DNA of 62,502 nucleotides from Patescibacteria group bacterium (lineage in GTDB: Bacteria; Patescibacteriota; Microgenomatia; UBA1400; UBA1449). How positions within the stretch are numbered: the stretch's first letter is position 1; each line of letters begins with the position of its first letter. The translations under genes and the position numbers were made by a program. The stretch lies in the NCBI GenBank assembly GCA_050942955.1, contig JBMNOG010000007.1, positions 1 to 62,502 on the forward strand. The letters are read 5' to 3'. The notes under the pieces were generated by a model. It was given only the letters and a program-made list of their open reading frames with translations, did not search any database and was not told where the DNA came from. This document shows, piece after piece, positions 9,699-17,609 of this stretch.

Positions 9699-10316
9699 TC
9701 AATCTATAGTATTTCCTAAAAAATCAAAGTATTTAAGCCACTCCTTTTTAAATCCTAGGGTAATAAACCGCTTTTCGCATTCCTCTTTGCTTACCCCGGC
9801 TTCGCACCATTTTTTGCCTAACATTATCATTGTCTCCCTGAATTCATAAGGGAAAATAATCCAGGCATCCGTTTCTTCAGCGTAGTAGTCTGGCTTGATA
9901 ACCGAATGAGGTTTGTAAAAAAGCGTCGCAGTAGCTATGTCTTCTATTCCGAGAGAATTTAGGTAGTCTTTGGCAAATGAAAGCGAGCCACCGGTATCGG
10001 CCACATCATCAAACAGCAGTATCCTCTCCCCTGATACAGAAACAGGCAAGTCCTGGTAAATTTCAGGTTTTTCCAGACGCTTATTTATCCCACCGTAGAA
10101 TTTTACCCCCATGCTGGCTACTTCTTTTATACCTAAAAAATCAACTAAAGAACGGGTAAACGGCCAACCGCCTTTGGCTAAAGTCACAATCCGGTCAAAT
10201 TTACGACCATCTTCAAGAATTTTTTGTGAAACTGTAAACGCTAGCTCATTTAGATCGTTAAGAGTTGGAGTAATAAAGTTAAGACTATCTCCAAAACAAA
10301 TATTGTTAAGCTTCAT
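9699..10316 (-). CDS. type I phosphoribosyltransferase (probable purine/xanthine salvage)
   Basis: DRIVTLAKGG, PRPP-binding ILLFDDVADTGGSL, ETDAWIIFPYE. Confidence 0.85.
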   Translation of the reverse strand: MKLNNICFGDSLNFITPTLNDLNELAFTVSQKILEDGRKFDRIVTLAKGGWPFTRSLVDFLGIKEVASMGVKFYGGINKRLEKPEIYQDLPVSVSGERILLFDDVADTGGSLSFAKDYLNSLGIEDIATATLFYKPHSVIKPDYYAEETDAWIIFPYEFRETMIMLGKKWCEAGVSKEECEKRFITLGFKKEWLKYFDFLGNTID

Positions 10317-10403
10317 AATACTTCAAGTTTACAGCTGTTACTTAAATAGCGAAAGTGCCAGGGATTTGTTTATGCTAATCTACTCTGTTATAATATCACG
10401 CTT

Positions 10404-11150
10404 ATGAGTAACTGCATTGAAAAAACTGCAGAAAGACCTGTTTACACCCTCCCCACCCTCTTTGTGTCTTCAAGCGAGCAAAAAGTCGGTATGTTAGTCT
10501 CTCTAGGAGTAGATATCCAAAGTCTTCCCTTATCCATAACGCCCTCAGAAGAAGAATGGCAGAGTTTACTTGGTAAAAGCCCAGTTTCACTTTACGGTTA
10601 TAACCCAGAGTTGCTTGCTTACATAAAAGCCGAGTATGCACACCACCGCTACCCGGAAAGAAAAATCGTTGCCTCAGATACAATTAAGCTAGTACAACAG
10701 AGAGAAAGAAATCTACCGCTTGAGAAACCAAAGTCACCTGAGGAGGCAGTAGAACAAGTACTTCTCCAAGCTGGTAACACCATTATCCAAAAAGGTGCTC
10801 TTGCTTTTTGGAACGGCAGGGTTTGGCAGATTGGCACTATAGAAACTGCTATGAGAATAAAACCTACAACTAAACTAAGAGCGCAAGAATACGTAAGGCA
10901 AAACTATCAAGATATACAACATATTCCTGGATCTTTACCCATACTAAATGATGTAGTAAGGAATGAATTCTACGAAGACAACTTCCCAGTTACTCTAAGA
11001 CACTATTCAGCTTTAGATAATAGCAACACACCTATTATTTGGGAAGAAACAATATCAATAAAGAATATGGGAATAGAGAAGGTGTTTGAGTATATTAACG
11101 GCTTCGCTCCATCTCTTTTGTCCAAAATGGGATTGAGAACAGAAGAATAG
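10404..11150 (+). CDS. divergent Maf-like nucleotide pyrophosphatase
   Basis: LFVSSSEQK..L..LG (cf. ILASxSPRR..L), IVASDT (cf. ADT), LEKPKSPEEA....L..AG (cf. LGKP....EA...L..LSG), C-terminal INGF. Confidence 0.55.
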   Translation: MSNCIEKTAERPVYTLPTLFVSSSEQKVGMLVSLGVDIQSLPLSITPSEEEWQSLLGKSPVSLYGYNPELLAYIKAEYAHHRYPERKIVASDTIKLVQQRERNLPLEKPKSPEEAVEQVLLQAGNTIIQKGALAFWNGRVWQIGTIETAMRIKPTTKLRAQEYVRQNYQDIQHIPGSLPILNDVVRNEFYEDNFPVTLRHYSALDNSNTPIIWEETISIKNMGIEKVFEYINGFAPSLLSKMGLRTEE

Positions 11151-11151
11151 T

Positions 11152-11610
11152 TTATTCTTTCAAGCTAATGACTTTTATCCCATTTTTCTTAAGTAGCGCA
11201 GCAAAAACTCCATCTCCCTTTATTAAATCTGTACCACTATAAATGATGCCATATCCACAAGATGGGCTTTTTTCTCTTAGGTACGCATGAGTAATACCTT
11301 TTTCTAAAGCAATCTTACAGGCTCTTCTTGCTCCTTTTATAAACGCTTTGGTGTAGTCTTTTCCATCTTCACCCATAACTTTTGCCTTACCCTCTAAAAC
11401 ATCATGACCGTCACCGCCAACAATCTGACAAGGAGTGCGAGGTGTTGACAAGCCCGCTAATACTTCCGGACATACTATTAATAGTTCTCCTTCAGAAAGA
11501 AGATCAACTACTGTTTTATGGGCTTTATTCTTTCCATCATACCTGCAGTTTGCTCCGGCAACACAGGCACTTACCAATATCACTTTCCCCTTAGTAGTAT
11601 GCATATTCAT
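11152..11610 (-). CDS. DUF523 family protein (TudS-like thiouracil/thiouridine desulfidase, Fe-S)
   Basis: ILVSACVAGANCRYDG, CPEVLAGL.TPR, LREKSPSCG, G.GVFAALL. Confidence 0.88.
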   Translation of the reverse strand: MNMHTTKGKVILVSACVAGANCRYDGKNKAHKTVVDLLSEGELLIVCPEVLAGLSTPRTPCQIVGGDGHDVLEGKAKVMGEDGKDYTKAFIKGARRACKIALEKGITHAYLREKSPSCGYGIIYSGTDLIKGDGVFAALLKKNGIKVISLKE

Positions 11611-11625
11611 AATTAAAATCTTAGC

Positions 11626-12654
11626 TTAGTAAGTGTTCTCCATAAAACTAGAGTCACCTTTGAAACTAAGTACTGTGTCTCCATAATCCTGTTCTGGTTG
11701 TACAACTCTACTCGACATAGTCATATTCCCTTGTTTACCAGGAAGTTCTCCTAGCTTGCTTTCTACAAATCTTTTCAGCCTATCCGTATCAATATCCCGA
11801 GGGTTAGTTCCGGCAGCCTTGCACTTCATCTCATCCTTATGTATCTCTAAAGGGAAACCAAGCCTACCAAGAACCAAAACAGGGTCTACTGGTGACTCAA
11901 AAACTCGATAAAAAGGCGATCCTACATGAGATTCAGGATACTTCTCCTTAAAATAATGCTGCATTTGTTCTATTTGAACAGGTGACTGTTCTGGCCATTG
12001 TTGCCTACCTTGGTACTCATTATACCCTAGTGCAATATGCGTAGCTCCCAAGTAACGAGCAAGCCGGACTAAAGTGTCTTCCATTCCAATTTTACAGGCT
12101 GAACAAAAAGAAGGATAGCCTAGATCCTCCCTATCCTTTTCAGCAGTTTGCATGATAAAGTCCCCATTGAAGGTCGATATATCAATATATAAATGACCAA
12201 TATCTGGATCAAATGTACTATTTACAGTTCTCCCCATATGCTCCGCTATTCGCAGAGCTTGTCTACGAGGAGCTTCGATTTGAGTAGAAAAGCCGTTTAA
12301 AACAGTAACAAGGTGAATTCTTCTCTCATTTGCTCTTTCTCCGCTAAAAAGTCCAAGCGTAAGAGCAGCAATGGAAGAAGAGTCTCTCCCTCCGGAAAAC
12401 GGAATAATTATGTTACCTTCTTGTCCATAGAAATTATCCAACTCATCGAGTGAAGCTTCTAAAAGTTCTAGAGATCTTCTTTCCATTGCTTCCGGGGAAC
12501 TTACAAGTGAAAGGGTTTTTTCCAAATCATCTGGAGGAAGATTTTTTTTGAGTAAATGTTCTCGATACTCATCTGTCCCTAAATACTGTAAGGTTTGTGT
12601 AAAGGTAGCATCTGTTTGAATAAAAGTTTCTACTCTTCTTTCAGGTGTATTCAT
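11626..12654 (-). CDS. PP-loop adenine nucleotide alpha-hydrolase, ThiI/TtuA-like with CxxC plus distal Cys, no THUMP domain
   Basis: PFSGGRDSS PP-loop, CSACK..M....A..LGA..IALG...Q....PEQS, third Cys in MKCK about 90 aa later; ATG at 12654 preferred over TTG at 12666. Confidence 0.7.
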   Translation of the reverse strand: MNTPERRVETFIQTDATFTQTLQYLGTDEYREHLLKKNLPPDDLEKTLSLVSSPEAMERRSLELLEASLDELDNFYGQEGNIIIPFSGGRDSSSIAALTLGLFSGERANERRIHLVTVLNGFSTQIEAPRRQALRIAEHMGRTVNSTFDPDIGHLYIDISTFNGDFIMQTAEKDREDLGYPSFCSACKIGMEDTLVRLARYLGATHIALGYNEYQGRQQWPEQSPVQIEQMQHYFKEKYPESHVGSPFYRVFESPVDPVLVLGRLGFPLEIHKDEMKCKAAGTNPRDIDTDRLKRFVESKLGELPGKQGNMTMSSRVVQPEQDYGDTVLSFKGDSSFMENTY

Positions 12655-12664
12655 TTTATGTAAC

Positions 12665-12910
12665 AAAAAAACTTTTTCCTGCTGTATAACGTTTCCAGAA
12701 AAAGTTCTTGTTTTAACTATAAAAAACCCGGCGCTATATGGCCGAGTTAATCCAAATTATTAGCAACATAAGTGTGTTGCTTTATATATGTTTTTGCTAT
12801 AAAAAAGCCCGCTAAAACAGTGCGGGTTACAGAAATTCCTATACGTGTTGGGGAAATATATATTTCCAACCATATGTAATTATTACATATCTTACCTCCG
12901 CTTGTCAAGC
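12665..12910 (-). promoter_or_regulatory. promoter, operator-like palindrome and three tandem terminator hairpins (candidate attenuator)
   Basis: TTGACA at 12908-12903; palindrome ATATGTAAT-T-ATTACATAT at 12872-12890; hairpins plus U-tracts at about 12826-12801, 12747-12721 and 12706-12665. Confidence 0.7.
12760..12873 (-). CDS. putative leaderless Cys-rich leader peptide (37 aa)
   Basis: ATG 5-6 nt after the -10 element; translates MVGNIYFPNTYRNFCNPHCFSGLFYSKNIYKATHLCC-stop; below the ORF-track length cutoff. Confidence 0.45.
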   Translation of the reverse strand: MVGNIYFPNTYRNFCNPHCFSGLFYSKNIYKATHLCC

Positions 12911-12931
12911 AGCTGTTTCAAAGAAGGAATT

Positions 12932-13232
12932 CTATCCATTAATGCTTCTGACAGTCATACATTCTTCATATATTGCTTCTAGTGCCTCTACAGTTTTATC
13001 AAGTTCTCCCGTTCTGTTTATTATTAAAAAATGGGCATGATTCAGATAACTTAGATCACTAACCAGTTGCTCAAGTCTCTTCTCTACAGTTTGTAAGCCA
13101 TCTAACTTTTTATCTTCAGATCTCCATTCGACTTCTCTTCTACACAACCCATGAGCAAGATCGAAGCTTAATTTCTGGAGTTAAGATAGTAGATGATAAT
13201 TTAAGTACCTCCGGCATATCAAAGGAGTACAT
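12932..13232 (-). pseudogene. possible frameshifted remnant of a guanylate-kinase-like C-terminal half
   Basis: ATG at 13232 in one frame joins the 12932-13147 frame; EKRLEQ...HFLIINRTGELDKTVEALEAIY resembles the Gmk C-terminus; no P-loop. Confidence 0.35.
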
Positions 13233-13249
13233 CCCTCTTTACCGCTATG

Positions 13250-13891
13250 TTACAGGATTTTTTTCTTTTGAAGACTATTGACAATGGCTTCGTGAACCGC
13301 CTCAATTGACTTTGAGGCATCGATAACTATCCAACGATCATGGTCATTTTTCTTGGCTAGCTTCAGATATCCGGCTCTCACTTTTTCATGGAAATCTTTT
13401 TGCTCCATATCAAGTCTGTCCATTTTACCTGTCTCAGCTCGGCGGGATAAACCTACTTCTACTGGTACATCAAGCAGAATTGTCACATCAGGGTAGGTAT
13501 TTTGGGTAGAAATAGTGTTGAGTTGCTCAATAAGTTCCTCACCAAAACCACGGACAATCCCTTGGTAAACAAGGCTTGAATCTCGGGTGCGGTCACATAA
13601 AACTACTTTTTCAGCTTTAAGAGAAGGAAGGATTAGCTCTCTGTAAATCTGGGCCCTGGCAGCCTGAAAAAGGAGCACTTCTGTTGTAAACGCCATACCT
13701 ATGTTTTTAGCGCTTAATACTACCTCCCGGATTTGCTCAGAGATAACGGTTCCACCAGGTTCTCTGGTGATAACAACATCTTTTCCTTTTTTTCTAAACT
13801 CGTCTGCCAGACGGGCAATCTGGACTGATTTACCTCCACCCTCTCCTCCTTCGAAACTGATTAGCAGCCCCTTTTTTTCGTTTTTTTTCAT
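13250..13891 (-). CDS. tmk: thymidylate kinase
   Basis: LISFEGGEGGGKS, TREPGGT, LFQAARAQ, LCDR, YQG, PDVTILLDV; SD GGAGGAGG and TATAAT upstream. Confidence 0.95.
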   Translation of the reverse strand: MKKNEKKGLLISFEGGEGGGKSVQIARLADEFRKKGKDVVITREPGGTVISEQIREVVLSAKNIGMAFTTEVLLFQAARAQIYRELILPSLKAEKVVLCDRTRDSSLVYQGIVRGFGEELIEQLNTISTQNTYPDVTILLDVPVEVGLSRRAETGKMDRLDMEQKDFHEKVRAGYLKLAKKNDHDRWIVIDASKSIEAVHEAIVNSLQKKKIL

Positions 13892-13927
13892 AGCCTCCTC
13901 CCGATGTTTTTCTTATTATAGACAAGA

Positions 13928-14081
13928 AAGTACTAGGTACCAAGAGCTAAGTACTAAGAACCGTGGGCTAGGCGCTAAGAACTAGGTGCGAAGAACCAAG
14001 TGTTAGGTGCAAGGTACGAAAATCTAAGCACTGAGAACCAAGTGTGAAGAACGAAGAGCAAAGTGTTAGGTGCGAGGTAGT
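13928..14081. repeat. degenerate 7-bp tandem array (22 units)
   Basis: Unbroken 7-nt register: aagtact aggtacc aagagct aagtact aagaacc gtgggct aggcgct aagaact aggtgcg ... aggtagt. Confidence 0.85.
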
Positions 14082-14186
14082 AATAGCAAGAAGTAAGAAA
14101 TTAGCAGGGAGTAGTTAGAATACAAAGATCTTATTTCCACCCTTCCCTTTTCTTTTCTTGTTATAACAAACCATCAAGAAGGTGAT

Positions 14187-14657
14187 TTAGCACAGGAGGT
14201 CATTCCATATACTGGAAGGAATGCTGATGGTTACAGCTGTGGGATCAGGACGGTCAAGGCAACAAGGCTCGACTCGAACTTCTTCGATAGAAGAGGCAAA
14301 ACCCTGTCCAGACACCAACCGGAAGTACCCCCAATATTGGGTAGTGTACTCCCCCTGGAAATAGAAGGGATCGAAGACCCCCTCATAGATAACTCGGCCA
14401 TCCTCAACCGCCTCAGTCTTGTGAAGCAGAACCGTAATAGGATCAATGAAGACCCAAACTTCTTGAAGTTCCACGTTCTGGTCAATCGCCACTCGAACCA
14501 TCATCCGATCAGCGATGACCTCACCAGGCTGAGGACTTAAAATCTCAGCTAAGTCTTCAAATGCAACGGGGTTTACCACTTCCTGCGCTTCACTTCCTGG
14601 CGCCCACGCGACTACGACCAACAGCATACACACGACCAACATCTTCACCCTGTTCAT
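14187..14657 (-). CDS. secreted hypothetical protein (possible Ig-like fold)
   Basis: Signal peptide (MNRVKMLVVCMLLVVVAWAPGSEA), ILSPQPGEVI motif typical of Ig-like domains; SD GAGGAG; visibly GC-richer than flanks. Confidence 0.65.
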   Translation of the reverse strand: MNRVKMLVVCMLLVVVAWAPGSEAQEVVNPVAFEDLAEILSPQPGEVIADRMMVRVAIDQNVELQEVWVFIDPITVLLHKTEAVEDGRVIYEGVFDPFYFQGEYTTQYWGYFRLVSGQGFASSIEEVRVEPCCLDRPDPTAVTISIPSSIWNDLLC

Positions 14658-14876
14658 GATCCCTCTCCTCTGATGTAGTAAGTATTCGGCTCAGCGTATA
14701 TTAAATGGGCTTTTGTTTTAACCCATATTCATGTCCAACTAAAAATCTATACCAAGAGTCTGCTTTCGCAAAGTACGTAACTGTTGCTTCAAAAACAGGC
14801 TCCGGCATAGAACATTCGTCCTTTTAAAGAACAAAGGTAAATTTCACTGCTCAAACTGGTAAAGCTACCTAAAAAT

Positions 14877-14898
14877 AAAAAAGACAGCCGAAACTGTC
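14877..14898 (-). terminator. intrinsic terminator
   Basis: Minus strand GACAG-TTTCGG-CTGTC followed by a T-tract, downstream of the AmmeMemo gene. Confidence 0.55.
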
Positions 14899-14949
14899 AA
14901 TCAAATATTATAGGATTAATATCAGCAAAAATCAAGACGCAGGTTATTA

Positions 14950-16503
14950 TCACCCTTCTTTGAAGACTTGAGCAGAAAAGGTATACAATGAAACTTCCGG
15001 ATCAAGGTAACAAGCGTTTGGCAGACCGGCTTTTTGGCTGCAAAGCTCTCCTAAAAACTCCTCCAAGTTCCACCCAGTTTCTGTTGCTACTTGAGGTAAA
15101 AAGGTACCTGATTGGGATCCTTTTTGTACAACCACACCATCTTTCCCAAGATTTATTTCTCTCCAGTTGGAGATTTTCTTTTTGGGTGTCATGACAGAAA
15201 TTTCGATCTCAATTTCAGGCAGTTCATCTTTTGTTACCGGTTGAAAGCGGGTGTCTTTTGTAGCCGCCGCAACAGCCATATTCTGGATAACTTTATATAA
15301 AGGCCTACTTGGTTCAAACTCACCAATACAGCCACGAAGCTCTCCATGTTTGTGTAATGTCACAAAAGCTCCCAAGTTACGGGAAAGTTCTAAATTGGTA
15401 GAAGTAACTTCCGTAACTTTTCCGTCTTCAAAATAACTTTCCAGAGTTTTTCTGGCAATATCTAGAGCTTCATATTTTGCTAGCTCAGAAAGCTCGTCGT
15501 TTTTCTCTATCTTTCCCTTTATCCCGATAGCTCCATATCCAACTACCCGGGACACATCCCCTGTCACATCTCCCGAATTCTCATACCCGAGCTGAATATA
15601 GTCATTAAAACCCAATAGTTCACTCACTCTTAAACCAACCTCAACCGCTTTCGCTCCGCACGCAAATGTATCAACGTTTGAGTACTGAGTCGTTAACTGA
15701 GTCAGCTTCTGCTTAAACTGACTCTGCTTGCCTGTCAGTATCGCTTCTATCGTCTCTCCATCAACTTGTCTGGCAGTATCTGCATCAGGATAGTGGGAAA
15801 GATCCGTACTCACCACCAACAGAGTTTCTTCATCAAAATTTTTAGCAATTCTTTGAGCCAAGTCACTTATTAGTTGCTCCGAAGAATTACTCACTAAAAC
15901 CGGTACAATCGTGAAATTTTTCAACACTTTCTGCAAAAAAATAAGTTCTACCTCAAGTGAATGTTCTTTCTCATGAGGATTTACATCAGCACGGATGTTC
16001 TGATCCGTACTCACTAAAGCTTGGGCTAAAGTTTTATTCACTTCAACTTCCCCCAACGGAGTTTGCCATGAACCTTCTGCATAAATAGCCGCATGGTCAA
16101 AATATACCTGATGGCTAACACCTAAAAGAATTACTTTTTTGTAGTTTTCTCCCTTGATTTGCTTAAATGCACGAGCTGCCATTTGTCCGGAATACTCAAT
16201 ACCAGCATGGGGAACAAACAGAATTCGGTAAGTCCCGTCACCTGCGACCTTATCAGCTTTATTAAGAAATGCATCAAGCTGATTACTAAGTTCGTCGACG
16301 TTTTTTGGATAAAAACTACCTGCAACAGCTGCCTGCCTTACCATTCTCTCTTGAACAATAGATGTTACCTCTGGAGAAGTGGGTGTTTGTGAAGAAGGGG
16401 TATTATCTTTCCGGCTTAGTAGGATTACTGTAGCTACCCCAATGAGAACAAGATTTATGAAGAGAAACATGACGATGGGAATGATTTTACTGCCTGTACT
16501 CAT
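14950..16503 (-). CDS. membrane-anchored AmmeMemoRadiSam protein B (Memo) / protein A (AMMECR1) fusion
   Basis: Memo: RQAAVAGSFYP, PHAGIEYSG, EHSLEV, STDLSHY, CG; AMMECR1: GAFVTL...LRGCIG, TFLPQVA, KAGL; N-terminal TM helix. Confidence 0.92.
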   Translation of the reverse strand: MSTGSKIIPIVMFLFINLVLIGVATVILLSRKDNTPSSQTPTSPEVTSIVQERMVRQAAVAGSFYPKNVDELSNQLDAFLNKADKVAGDGTYRILFVPHAGIEYSGQMAARAFKQIKGENYKKVILLGVSHQVYFDHAAIYAEGSWQTPLGEVEVNKTLAQALVSTDQNIRADVNPHEKEHSLEVELIFLQKVLKNFTIVPVLVSNSSEQLISDLAQRIAKNFDEETLLVVSTDLSHYPDADTARQVDGETIEAILTGKQSQFKQKLTQLTTQYSNVDTFACGAKAVEVGLRVSELLGFNDYIQLGYENSGDVTGDVSRVVGYGAIGIKGKIEKNDELSELAKYEALDIARKTLESYFEDGKVTEVTSTNLELSRNLGAFVTLHKHGELRGCIGEFEPSRPLYKVIQNMAVAAATKDTRFQPVTKDELPEIEIEISVMTPKKKISNWREINLGKDGVVVQKGSQSGTFLPQVATETGWNLEEFLGELCSQKAGLPNACYLDPEVSLYTFSAQVFKEG

Positions 16504-16513
16504 TAAAACAGAT

Positions 16514-17539
16514 CTACTTTTCTTCTTCTAACGCTTTTTTGAAAAATTTCAAGTCTCTCTCAACTACTGTATCCCAATTACCGACCATATGGTGGTCAGC
16601 TCCGGGATACACGAAGTACTCCATATCAATTTCAAGCTCTTCCATTTTTTGGGCAAATTCATTTGACCACTCAACCGGAACAGCATCATCTGCTGTTCCC
16701 TGGTGCAACTGAAGCGGGGCTTTAATTCGGTCCAGATGCTTGGTAATACAGAAGTCATAAACATCATAATCCTTTTCCAATCTGCTAATTTCTGCCCGTA
16801 AAGCTTTGCCTTCATCCTCAAACTCATCTGTAAAGTAAAGAATTGAGTACGGGAAAGGCTTGGTTACGGGTGCCCAAAGAGTGGTCGGAATCGGTTTTTG
16901 GGTAATCTCCAGAACAGACAAAGCAATCTGGCCGCCATTTGAGTGCGCCCAGATAGCAATTTTATTAGCATCTGCTTGAGGCAAGGTTTTAATTGATTCA
17001 AGTAAGTTTAAAACAACTACCGGGTTATTGAATCGTTCCCACCAAACATCATTTTCAGGCATATCAGAGCCGCCGTACCCTAAAAAATCAGGTGCAATCG
17101 TGATATATCCATTTTTTGCAAAGAAACCTGCTGCCCGTTCTGTACCAATACCTGTCCGGTACATTGACTGATCAACATACCCGCGAAGCATAATAACTAC
17201 CGGCATTTTATGAGAAAAAGGGGTAAGAGGAATATTTAGCATTCCGGTAACCTTTTTCCCATCGGAAGTGAAAGAAAACAAGTGGGATTCAAAACCATCT
17301 TCCTCTTCACTTTCCTCATTCAGCTTTTCTTCAAGAGTAATTGTACTGGCTTGATACGTTCTTTGGGAAAGAGCATCAAACGTAAAGGCAAGAAGAGGTT
17401 TTGGTGTTGGTTCAGGGGTAACTGTGGGAACGTCTGAATCTGAAGAAGTATATTCTGACCGGGTTTGCAAAACATATGCCGCTCCCCCTCCAATAAACAG
17501 ACAAACGATACCGGCAATAGCTAGCAAGACTTTATTCAT
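16514..17539 (-). CDS. membrane-anchored alpha/beta hydrolase (S9-like)
   Basis: APDFLGYGGSD, nucleophile AHSNGG, LHQGTADDAVP, YPGADH; N-terminal TM helix. Confidence 0.88.
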   Translation of the reverse strand: MNKVLLAIAGIVCLFIGGGAAYVLQTRSEYTSSDSDVPTVTPEPTPKPLLAFTFDALSQRTYQASTITLEEKLNEESEEEDGFESHLFSFTSDGKKVTGMLNIPLTPFSHKMPVVIMLRGYVDQSMYRTGIGTERAAGFFAKNGYITIAPDFLGYGGSDMPENDVWWERFNNPVVVLNLLESIKTLPQADANKIAIWAHSNGGQIALSVLEITQKPIPTTLWAPVTKPFPYSILYFTDEFEDEGKALRAEISRLEKDYDVYDFCITKHLDRIKAPLQLHQGTADDAVPVEWSNEFAQKMEELEIDMEYFVYPGADHHMVGNWDTVVERDLKFFKKALEEEK

Positions 17540-17609
17540 AAAGGTAAAGCCAGGCTATTATAGCAGGCATCGTCTTTTTTAGATGAAAGATAAGAAGCAA
17601 CCGAAAAGA

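Noticed and set aside
12715-12810. CTATAAAAAA tracts resembling the preQ1-I riboswitch 3' tail next to a PP-loop (QueC-like) gene
   Set aside because: The tracts are on the plus strand, opposite to the gene, with no P1 stem upstream; they are the complements of terminator U-tracts
13928-14081. Possible CRISPR array or microsatellite
   Set aside because: Units are 7 bp with no spacers and no cas genes, and they vary too much for a simple slippage repeat; kept only as a heptamer array
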